Below, in pieces: positions 42,346 through 53,881 of a DNA stretch of 64,000 nt. The translations under genes were made by a program, and so were the position numbers. This DNA comes from Auanema rhodensis (taxonomy: Eukaryota > Animalia > Nematoda). The stretch spans positions 13,516,001 to 13,580,000 of the forward strand of contig OZ059897.1 of the NCBI GenBank assembly GCA_964057225.1, in the 5' to 3' direction. The number at the start of each line of letters is the position of its first letter. Within the stretch, counting starts at the first letter, position 1. The notes under the pieces are model-generated. The model was not told the origin of the DNA. It worked only from the letters and a program-made list of their open reading frames with translations, and did no database searches.

Positions 42346-43534
42346 GAAATGATTCATTTAAGCCTGGCATTAAGTATTGAGAAAATGAGGATGACTTTGA
42401 TTTTCAAATTTGAATTGCATCATACTCACATGTAAATGACGTGAAATTTCATTTCAGTTAGAACTATAAGTGAAGAACGGTTGCTAAGTTCTATCAGATT
42501 CAATTGAATAAATCAAAATTAGATTTTCCTATCAAATGACGTGACGGTCAAAATGTTTTTGAAAGTTCTTGATCATATAGCTAATTCACACATAGTATTC
42601 TAATATATATACTATATATATAATAATAATAAAAATAGGAATAATATAAAATATAATTTAAATTAATACTATTCTAATAATAAACTTAAATTAAAAATAT
42701 TATAATAGTTTTTGATTTTTGAGAAAAATAGAGAAGGATGATTCATATTTGTTTGGAGTTCTTGAAAATATGCAAAAATTACTTCGTCCACTAGTAGTAA
42801 TAATGGACTCTAGCAGAAAAAAATATATTTCAATGAAAGGCTTATTATAGTTTGAAGCTTTCGCTTTGATTTTTCATCCATTTTTCGTATAAAATATTTG
42901 AAATTATTACATTTTTAATGAGTTTTAATGGATGACGATGGACTTCACCGATAATGCTTTATTTTTCAAATCTTAACCTATATAGTAGATATGTGAAAAT
43001 AGATTGAATAAGAGTATAAGAAAGTTCAGTCAATGATATAATATAAAATAAAATTTGGTTGAAAATGCTAGAAAGTTAAAGAAGATTATAACTAGCTGCT
43101 AGATACTGAAGAAGCGAACAGATCAACAGTATCCCAAACACAAGTGTCTTGTAGTAGACTTCATCAAAGAAAACTAAACAATAGCATTTGAAAATATTTA
43201 GTGACTAATGACAATTTCGTTTACAACAAGAAAAAATAAAAAAACATGAAGAATAAAATGCATAGTTTTCAAATGAAAAATAATATTAAAAGCTTCATTC
43301 ACTGTAAAATGCATTGGATCAAAGAAAAATACAGAAAACTACAATGTGAATTGATAATTTTACTTAAAAAAACATTGAATATTCTTCAGATAATTCATCC
43401 TAAATACTATAATATCTTAATAAATTCAGACACATTGATATGTACATACATTTAATTGCAATATTCATAAACGTTTGTGAGGATCAGCTTATTTGTTTTT
43501 TTGTTTTATTTTGTTTTAAATTCATTTTTTATTT

Positions 43535-43537
<3 letters not shown>

Positions 43538-43588
<51 letters not shown>
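43538..43588. repeat. (AT)n microsatellite, about 25 units
   Basis: Uninterrupted TATA run. Confidence 0.95.
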
Positions 43589-43591
<3 letters not shown>

Positions 43592-43789
43592 ATTAATTAC
43601 GGTATTTTATTGAAGTTAAATCGCAAATATTTTGATAATATGCACTCTCTGAATGATTTTTTGCGGTAAACTTTTGAGATATTATAATCTATAAAGCCAT
43701 GTAATCCGTTTTTAACGAGGTGTAACCCCCAACTGAGGGATCACATACAAACCTGAACTTAACTATCAACCTACACCTCTTGTGTTAAA

Positions 43790-45064
43790 ATGAAGTTTAT
43801 GAATACAATTATTATATTATTTTACTATTTTAATTATTCCAAAGGTATTTTTACTATTAAGTCAATATATTGTTTTATTGTTTTTTTTATTTTTCTTTAA
43901 GGAAATACGAATTTTGTTGAAAATAACGGAGCATTGTTATCGACAGTTGCTACAGATGAGAAAAATAATTATAATGGTAAAACGTGTTTTCAAAATTAAT
44001 TTTTTTTTGTTTTAAGAAGAAAAAAGTTTTCATAAAAGCATACTATTAATTTAGTTTTAGCAAACAGTTTGTTATGGAGAAGAAAACGTGCTTATCATCT
44101 ACCTATTGTAAGTAAAAGCACTTAGAAACATTTTATTGAAGAGATATCTGCTTAGGTTGTACATGGAACATCTTCTAAGCATTCATCTTCGTCGTCTTCT
44201 TCATCTGATTCGTCTGATTCATCATCAGAATCAAATGAACGTTCGAAGAAACTAAAAAGTGCTAAAGTTGGAAAAAAAGATCAAACAACTCCTGCAGTCA
44301 TTAGTGATGAACGAAAAGAAGAGAAGGCGGAGCAGGGCGATGATTCACATGAGAAAATGACTGAATCTGATAGTAAGGGCATGCAAGAAGTGAGAACTCA
44401 AGAGCCACCCAAATATGAGAAGGACCATATGAAAAAAATTTTTGAACAAGTTAACTTCGATGAAAAAGCTTCGACAATGTCTGTCAGAACAACAAAGGAT
44501 AGTGATGTTGAGATGGGTATGGAAACAAAAATTCAAACATTAATTCTACCTGTCAGTTTCAATTACTTCTTAAGAGGTGGAATTAATTTTTTTTTTCAGC
44601 TGGTGTCAAGAGATGTCGATCACGTTGCTAATTATCATGAACACGTTGATCCTGAGGCGATTGTTGTTCCAAAAAGAAATTTAAACGAAGAAGAGTTAGA
44701 AGATGAAAAAACAGAGATAAATTCTACAAATGATATAGTTGTGGAAGTTAATACAATTATTCCACATGATGATAGAGGTTTGACTTAAACTAAACGTTTC
44801 AATAACTTTTTCAAAAATTTAGATAATGCTTTTGGTTATATAATGTCATTCAATATTGAAATAAGTCAGATTGTTCTGTATTTTTTGGTTTTAGTAGCAG
44901 CAATATTTGTTCTAAAAAAAGCTTATGATTATATGAAAAAGAAGTTTAAATTATAAATTATATTATTATAATTAAATGTATTTTCTAGTCAACCACCTGC
45001 TATACCAGTTACAAAAAACCCTGTAGTGGCTATGGAACAAGGAAATGTTAAAGTTAATTGTTAA
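43790..45064 (+). CDS. Orphan type I membrane protein with furin-type site and Ser/acidic ectodomain; 7 exons
   Basis: MKFMNTIIILFYYFNYSKG (signal)...LLWRRKRAYHLPI|VVHGTSSKHSSSSSSSSDSSDSSSES...acidic region...QIVLYFLVLVAAIFVLKKAY (TM)...QPPAIPVTKNPVVAMEQGNVKVNC*. All junctions are GT-AG and in phase. Confidence 0.75.
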
Positions 45065-46254
45065 TATTACAATACTTAAATTAATATATGTATGTATTAC
45101 ATATGTACATGTACATATATCGTTTATCTGATTTGTTTTTGTATTAAAATTATAATTTAGAAGTTTTATAATAATAATTAAATAAATATTTTACTATATA
45201 TTCATTTAAACAAAAAAAAATTATTATTATATCTAGCTAATTACATCTAATACAATATGGGCTATCAGTCTTTTACTCATTTATACACACTGTTCTTTCT
45301 CTTTCTCTCCTTTTTCCCTTTCTATCTCTTTCTCTTTCTCTCTATACATGTATATCTCTTGTTACCAAGGATTTTCGTAATGGAGTCTTACCTAATACAT
45401 GTAAAAGCTGCATAGCCTCGATTTCAGATCGGATATGTCTAATCTAACAATGGTACACTTCTAACCTATTATACATATATATTATATTTTGAAAACATCT
45501 TGTTTTACCCTTCATACTTGGGTCGTACTCTCTCTCTCTCTTTCTCTCTCTTACAAATCTACCACTTCCCTTCTTGTCCGTTTAACTTCTTCAATCTATC
45601 TTCATCACAAAGCCGAAAAAAAAGAAAAAAGATTTTCTTGAAGTTGACATCCATATAAAGCTTTTTCTATTTGTTGTCTAAAAATACTTCCTGAAACAAT
45701 CCAATCCATAAGATATACAACTTCTAACTTTTGATTCATATTTTTCACTAAAAAAGGAAAAAAAACCATTTGAAATAGATATACATATTCGAGATACATA
45801 CATATATCTTCTTTTTCATTGATTTAACGAATGCATTTTGAGATTTATTGAAAGTAGTTGTAACATGGCTTATGTTAAGTAACATTTAACTTTTAAACTA
45901 ATAGAATTTATTTTATTTATAAATTAATATGTAAACTATGCATTTATGCTGATATTGTGTACGTGATGAATTATAATATATTTTAAGATATTCACACAAT
46001 ATCATACTTTATTCAAAATTTCTCATTGACATGATTCAAAACTGTTTTTATTGGTTTTTAATTATTATTTTATTTCTAATATTTAACAGTTTTTTCTTTA
46101 TATTTCTTATTGTTTGATCATTTATTTCATTTTCTCATATAAATTTACAATAACGAATGAATATGCTATAAGACAAGAAGAACTGAAGAAATTCTGCAAT
46201 GATGAGATGTAAATGAGCTCAATGCCCTCATGGTACCCGTGAAAATCAGAAAGA

Positions 46255-46268
46255 GTTGCTATGGAAAT
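46255..46268 (-). promoter_or_regulatory. X-box (RFX/DAF-19 site)
   Basis: GTTGCTATGGAAAT; the reverse complement ATTTCC-AT-AGCAAC fits RTHNYY-WT-RRNRAC. It lies in a GC-rich patch about 1 kb upstream of the FHA gene ATG. Confidence 0.6.
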
Positions 46269-47288
46269 GCTATTACTTCAAGGGAGAGGTGGAGATATAG
46301 GGGAGACAGGGAGGAGGGCTGCCAAGCAATTTAATGATAATCCTATAGAGAAATCTAATATACTCATCTATCATATAATCAATTCTTATTATTTTGCAAT
46401 CTATTCTTATTCTAAAATATACAAAAAAATTGATTATAACTGTATTTGTTATTATAACTATATTATTCTATATCATTAGTTTGTTGAATAGATTTTGTAG
46501 TCTTCGTTTCTTACATCAACCACAAAGCATTATTATGAAAACTTATCACAACTTATCATATATATATATATATATAGTTATATATATATATATAACTATA
46601 TATATATATTTAACTCAAAAAACAAATAATATACATATAGTTAAGTGTATTTTTAAAATTTTTTTTAATTTCTTTTCACAATTATTAATTGCGGAAATTG
46701 ATGTGAAAGTTGATGAGAAATTAAAAAATCTAAAATCAATTGAAATAGCATTTGTAAAGAAAAGTATTTTTAAATTATTTACCAATATTAATCATATTTA
46801 TTCAATATTTCACATAATTTATGGATCTGCGTGAGAACTAATGATTAAGATCATTTTTTCTAAACTCTGTCCTCATAAGTTTGCTGAAGCTAGCAGTTGT
46901 TTCAATTTTATTTCATAAAAACCCGTTTGTTTTGAAACTTTTTTTTCTTAAATGGAAATCTTATACTAATAATATGCTAATTTCAATATAACTTGTTTAA
47001 AAAATTCATTTACAGTCAATTATTATTTTAAAACGGTTGCATTCAACTATTTATAGATATTATCATTAAAAAACTATTTTTATAACTATATTATCTATTT
47101 AAAAACATATATTATAAAGATATAAATATATTTTACATACATATATTTTATATTTTTGTATTAAACATAAGAAGTATTATTGTTACAACAATTAAAATAA
47201 AAAATAATCTATTATTGCATATTCTAACATATAGTTATCATAATTTATTGTTATTCTTTTTTTTTAATATTATTATTTCAGTGAGAAC

Positions 47289-50200
47289 ATGCTCCGTAGG
47301 TACAGCTCAAAGGATTTGGATAGTTTAGGTTTAGGCCAACAAAAAACAATAGGTAGTGGTTGCAACTGCGATATCATAATAAAGGTAAACCACAACAACA
47401 ACAACTGATTTTTCCAGTTTTGTCTTCATTTCCAAGTTTTTAAAGGCTGAAGGTGTAGCTTCAACACATGCTGCTATTGAATATCATTTGCTAACTGATA
47501 GTTATTGGTTAAAAGACTTATCCTTAATAGCTGATACTAAAGTTAACGGAGCTCCAATCATAGGACAGGCATGATATTCATTATATAATATTTCAAATAG
47601 TCAATCTAATTACATAATATTTCTTTTTTTTCAAGTTTATAATATTGATTTCTTCATTCTATTATAAAAAAAATAATATTTAACTTTGATATCGTGTATT
47701 ATTTATATTTTTTTAATAATTATATTCATATATAATATTAAAATTTTCAGGTGGAATTGCATTCGGGTGATCTTTTACAATTTGGTATGTCACAGCCATT
47801 AGTGTTTGAAAACAATCAGATATTTCCAAAGCATAATGTATGAAATTACGTTTTCTTTTTATACTTATTCAATATTTGTTTTTCTATTTTAGTTAAATAT
47901 ACGATGTAGTCGGCCTTGTGAAACAGATTCAGACGGCGTCATGCTGCCTATAGTTGGAGTAAGTTTGAAATTTGTTGTTCTTCTTTATTTCAATTATATA
48001 TTTGTTTTAAATTATATTGCATCAATGATTATTATTAAGAGACAAATTATACCTCAGGTTCAAAGTGCTAGAGTGCTTGAGAGTCGTCAACGTATTCGAT
48101 CAGCACAACCAAAACCTCGATATCAAAGTAATATGCTAGGTATGAAATAAATCGCATATCTTTAATTCTTTTTGTTTTATTAGCTTCAGATAATATTTCT
48201 TCAAGAAATTCTATAGAAAATTCTCCTAATGTAGATAGCAGTCCTCGTAATACAGCAGGAGCAAGTTAGGAAACTTTTTTTTGTTTAATTCTTTGATTTA
48301 TTAAAGTTGAACTAACCTCTAATCCAATAAGAAATGGTTCAATTGGAAATAATCTACTTCAACGTGTTGTACGGCTTCAAGCTGAAATAGCTCGAAAAGA
48401 TGAAGAAGTAAGAAAGCTACATATACATGTATAAGTAGATTATACTAATTTATATATATACATGTAATAATAAAATAATTTAAGATTATGCTCCTTTCTA
48501 GAAGGATGCCAGATGATGATACAGTTCTTTCACATCATGATTCTAGGATACCTTCAAGAACAGAAGTATCTTTTATCAAATCGAATGTAATACTCAAACA
48601 AATTTTTTATAGGAATTTCCAAAAATTTCAACAAGGCCTCAATCAGCATCAGCAGAAAATAAAAATTTTGAATTAGATATGTATAGAGCATTTTTGAAAG
48701 TTTTATCTTCTAAATTGCAATCATTTAATAACAGGTGTGTATAACATGATCTTGATCATATAGTTAATTCAAAATTTAGAATTCTTTTACATCCAACTAA
48801 AGATTATGGTGATGTATTTGTAAATATATATAGAGCATTAAATGAAACTATTTCTGATAAAATGACTGTAAGTGAAATAATTTATTTTTATAAAATATTT
48901 TATATAATTCTAGGAAATTTGTATTGAATGTGATAATCATTTGGAAAAACTTGGATATGATGCTATTCAACGAAGCCGTTTGAAAACTTTACTTGAAGAT
49001 CAAAAACGGGAATCTATTGCGGTTTAATCTAATAATATATATAGATCTATTTATATTTAAATTAACTTTCAGGGATTCGCAGCAGAATTAGAAATCATAT
49101 TACCTGTTTTGAAAGATTGCTCAGGTTTGAGTAAAGATTGTATACGAGCATGTTCTGTATTTAGTGAATGGAGTAGAGATCAAGGGGTTTGTTCTATAGA
49201 ATATTAATATTAAAAATAATTATTTTAGGATCTTATATTAAGTTCAGGTGAAATAACAAGTACAATACTTATGGGATCAATCAAACAGCTTAAAGATGAA
49301 TTCTCAAAATCACAAGTAAATTACTGAATTTCAAAAAGAAAAATTATTTATTTTGCCTCTTAAGATGAGTCGACATTGGCTTATTCCAAATTTATCACCA
49401 TTTTTACAATTGATTGCAATGGATTTAAAGAGGCGAGAAAGTGGTTTAGATAAACATACCCAAACTGGTCCATTAATGAATTTTAATTTTCTTACTTAAA
49501 CTTTAAATATTTAGATTTGAATGATGAAGTTGGTATAATTGAAAGTAATGAATATAAAAAGGTATTATATATTATATTTATTATATAATTTAATAAATAA
49601 AATATAGACTTTACAAGAAGATATTTTAAATGATAATAATGAACAACTTGAGTCCGCAATATGCTCAGCTGAAGATATTATATCAAAACTTACACGACAA
49701 ATTAATAAAGGAATTTTCAATAATGTTATTTATTTATTATTTTTATTATTTTATATAAAAATATTATTTTTAGAAATATAATGAACGTATGGAAGATCGT
49801 ATCATCATACTTATTGGATCATTACAGAAATGTTTAAGATCAAATAGAATTTGTCAACAAAAAAATATTTCAATTGCTGAATCAGAAGATTCAATTATAT
49901 CAATAGAAGTAAGAAATGAAGATGTTAAAGATGGTTATCGTAAATTAAGTAGAGAAGAAAGTTTTATATTTTCTGTAAGATATACCTTTTCTTCATTTTG
50001 ATTGTTATTTTATTTATTTTTTTATAGGTTGATGAAGCTGATGAAGCTGATGATGATATGAATGATGCTGATAGTGAATTTGAAGAAGAAGAACTTACGA
50101 ATTCGGAAACAAACTTTGCCCATGACTCCTACATTCCACATAAAAGGTAAAAACTTTACTTTGAATAGGTTATTGATCAAAATTTTCAGAATTTCAACTA

Positions 50201-51460
50201 TTTCCGAAGAAAACATTGAAGATATTCAAGGTGAAGAGATGAATAGCAAGCCTAATGTTGATGTATCATATCCTACTATATACATCAATTCAACCATGGA
50301 TGATATGGATATGGGTGTTGCTCCATCACCAGTGCCATTAGTACCTCCACCAAGTTATGATGAATGTATTCGAGTCAGGCGTGATACTCCAACAAGCCCT
50401 GCTACTCCTCCACCGTTAGCTTCAGATTCAGACACTAGTACTGTTAATAATGAAGATGTGGAAGAAGAAAAGACGAAGGAGCCAGAAAATCTATCTAATG
50501 TGTCAGAGAAGAATGAATTGGAGAAAAAAATTATTCCAAACGGTCTTCAAAAAATACAACATCATTCGCACAGTTTTGAAAAAGCCAGTGAAGTTCGTAA
50601 ACCTCTAAGACGATCACTTTCTTCTGAATCCCGTAGACATCAATCAGCGGAACAATCATCAACGCAATACACTGACAAACGATTAATAACATCAGCTTCA
50701 TTTGATCACCCTTTGTCTAATAACAAGAAAAAGCTCAAAAAACCTCTAAATATTGATATATCTGGAATATCGGTATTTGACAGAGTTCGATTACCTCGAC
50801 CACGATCTGCAACTGTTGAAAAGCATCGATTTCGTATGGAAAAGCAAAAACGTGGTATATCTATGGCTTCCGAACATCTAGGTACAATAGATGAAGAACA
50901 TGTGGATTTAGAAGCTTTAGCCGCTGAAGGAATTCAATTGAGTGAATCAGATTTTGAAAATCTTAAACAACGATTAAAGTCTGAACATAATGATACGTGT
51001 CATGCAGCTCATCATGGAAATTGTGTATTGCAAATGGTTAAAAAGATAGATCAAGAAAGAGATGAAGAGTTAATGAGGTTCATTTTAATTATTTTTTATT
51101 ATAACTTTTTTATTTGTTTTCAGAGCTCGTAAAGAAGCTACAAAAAATATGGCAAATTGGTTAGAAACATCAGAAAAGCCAAGAAATATTTGTGAGGTAA
51201 CAAAATTATTATATATTAATAGTTTTATATATAAATATATATATTAAGGTTTCTCATAGTGCTCATATTCAATCACATATTAATACTTCAACTGCTACAC
51301 CTATTGTAGTACAATCAGTTAGCAATATTCATTCACATTCACAATATATTTTATTAATTTTCAGATACCAGTGAGATCATATGTATTTTCATCACCGCCT
51401 AAAATCAGGAAAAAAACGAAATCAGCTCCAACTTTATTACAACCTCGGATGCAGTTTTAG
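47289..51460 (+). CDS. N-terminal FHA-domain, coiled-coil protein (FHAD1-like); about 22 exons
   Basis: KTIGSGCNCDIIIK|AEGVASTHAAIEY...YWLKDLSLIADTKVNGAPIIGQ|VELHSGDLLQFG gives an FHA pattern, then coiled coil (LQRVVRLQAEIARKDEE), helical exons, a large low-complexity exon (~50190-51077) and stop TAG at 51458-51460. Confidence 0.8.
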
Positions 51461-51513
51461 ATGTAAACGTAAGTTATTAATATATTTATTATTATTATTA
51501 TATATTATTTATA

Positions 51514-53311
51514 TTAATAATGATAACATAAATCCATTTTAGTTTTGAGTTCCGTTTGGGCTAATAGATAATCATCAGCGAGAACGCCGTACATTGCATT
51601 CCGTTCACATCTAAAATATTTATTGATTAATATAATTATTGTTATACGGTTCAAACAAACAAACAAATAAACAAAAATAATTTTTTTTACTTTCATTGTT
51701 TTAAAATAAAACTTACATATCAGCTTGAACACAACAGTCTCGAAGTAAAGAACATTGAGATCTATGAATAGAAATATGATATGGACAACTATTTGCTGTC
51801 AATTCATTAAAATCAAGATCTAAGTTAATCAGTTGATTTGGTTCACATGGTTTTTGCTAAAATTTATAAGAACAATTCTCTAATATGCTATATCAATCCA
51901 ACCTTTTCTTCAACTTCTCGTGTCATATTAGCTACAGGTACACAAGCATTGAGATATTCTTCAGCAATTTTCCGTTTTGACATCAATTGATCAAAATCAG
52001 AAGAAAATTTTTTTTTACAAAACTCATCCTTTTCATCTAATGGCTCAGAAAGACTATTGTAACTTGGTGCCCAAGACTGAAAAATAATAAACAAATCAAG
52101 TTGTTCGATCAACCTATAGTATATGTCATGTCATGTCATAAAGAAAATATAATTCGGAGTATTCAATGACTTGAAATATTTAAAAAGAAGATATCAAGAT
52201 ATGTAACTTAACAACATACATATAAGCTTCCAGAATGAGCTGTTTTCATTAAAGTTGAGCATCGGTTACGTATTTCATATACGTCCTTCTGACATTGGAG
52301 ATATCGTTCGCATAACTCATACGGTGGCTGAAGTATTTCAATCTTCATTTCATTCATAATTTTGAAAAATAAACAAACCATAACTTCTTTTTCGTTGAAT
52401 TCATTATCAACTGTATTTAAAGCTAAATTTAAATTAATTAATATAATAAGTATATTTTTCATATCATAATTACTGGGTGTTTGCTCGCGAAGTTGCAACA
52501 AATTCAAGCTTTGTTTGTCACGTTGTCTACAATCAGCAAGTTTAATACCAATTTCTTCTCTCAATCCTTCAACTTTTCGTCCAGATTGACTATGTATAGC
52601 TGTTTGTTCACATCTAAATTATCTTCTTTATCCTTATATATGTTTTATTATAATAATATAAAAATAAAAAATATTTCTGACCTACTAGCTGGTTCACAAC
52701 ATTGTTTCAAAGCTGTACACCGATTTTCCATTTTCATAGCATACAATCGACATTCATTCGCATTTGTAATTTCAGTCATTTCCAACGCAACCATATATGG
52801 ATAGCAGAATTTGGCCTAAAATATTGGAAAAGAGAAATTTAAATGACAAAATTACAATTTTTCTTTTTCCTTTTTCTTACTTTTTCTTTGGCAAAGCGAT
52901 ATATTGATATAGACTTTACTGAATCTCTTATGCACATAGTTACTTCTTTACGATTTCGAATTAAACCATCTTCAAGTATATCATAATCCTTTTTAAGTTC
53001 TTCACCACAAGCTGAACTTTGCATTTCAAGCATTAATCCAAGCATCTAAATTTTCAATTAAAAGCTATATCTTATAGTAAAAATCAAACTTTATCATGTT
53101 GTCCTAAAAAGGATGATCGAGCATCTATATTTGAATAGCAAGTTCTTTCAAATATTTCTAATTCATCAGAACATCTTAAATATTCTTCACATACATCAGA
53201 TAAGCGTAATCGACGCTAAATATGCTTTTTTAAATGTTTTAGAATGAAATTCAAACTTACTTTAGCATTAATTATTACAGGTATAATTATAAATAAATAT
53301 TTAATTAGCAT
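51514..53311 (-). CDS. Secreted Cys-rich protein with two tandem ~12-Cys repeats
   Basis: Signal MLIKYLFIIIPVIINA. Repeat 1 CEEYLRC...RCTALKQCCEPASR|CEQ...LADC; repeat 2 CERYLQC...QCSLLRDCCVQADI|CER...MDLCYHY*. GT-AG introns are in phase. Confidence 0.8.
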
Positions 53312-53846
53312 AGTTATGAATAGAAAATTATGTGAAGATTTATAAGATTTCTATTTTCATATATTGAATTGAAATTCAGGTCATCTATACAAGATCCAAT
53401 TTTCTATCAAGATTGATGAAATGATATCATTATTCATCTTTTCTTCTAATAATAATATATAATAATTTCAGAAAACTTTCTAATTTTCAATGAAATTTCA
53501 TTGATTATCTATGCTTCATTACGATATGTATGAGTAGTTGAAGAAAATTACGATAAAAGTCTCTATCTAATATGATTAACCAATTTGTATTTCAATAAGC
53601 TCATGTTTCAAGTGTCCTTCAGCCATCTTTCACAAAGAAAATCGAATTATCATATTCGATCAAGCTGTACGACCTCATCCCGGGGTCTCCTGTAGGCTTG
53701 TTTTCATTATAACCACAATGATTTCTATTGGCAATAAAGGGCTTTCAATAGAATGTCAACAAAGTTTCAGTAGTTATTCATTCATTTCAAAATAAAATTA
53801 CTAGTTGTCAATATAATATTTCTTTAAAACTTCAGAATACATTCAA

Positions 53847-53881
53847 CATCATCATCATCATCATCATCATCATCACCACCA
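53847..53881. repeat. (CAT)n trinucleotide repeat ending in CAC units
   Basis: catcatcat...caccacca. Confidence 0.9.

Noticed and set aside
53668-53695. GC-rich hairpin GACCTC...GGGGTC as a possible Helitron 3' end
   Set aside because: Not followed by CTRR and no other transposon sequence is seen.
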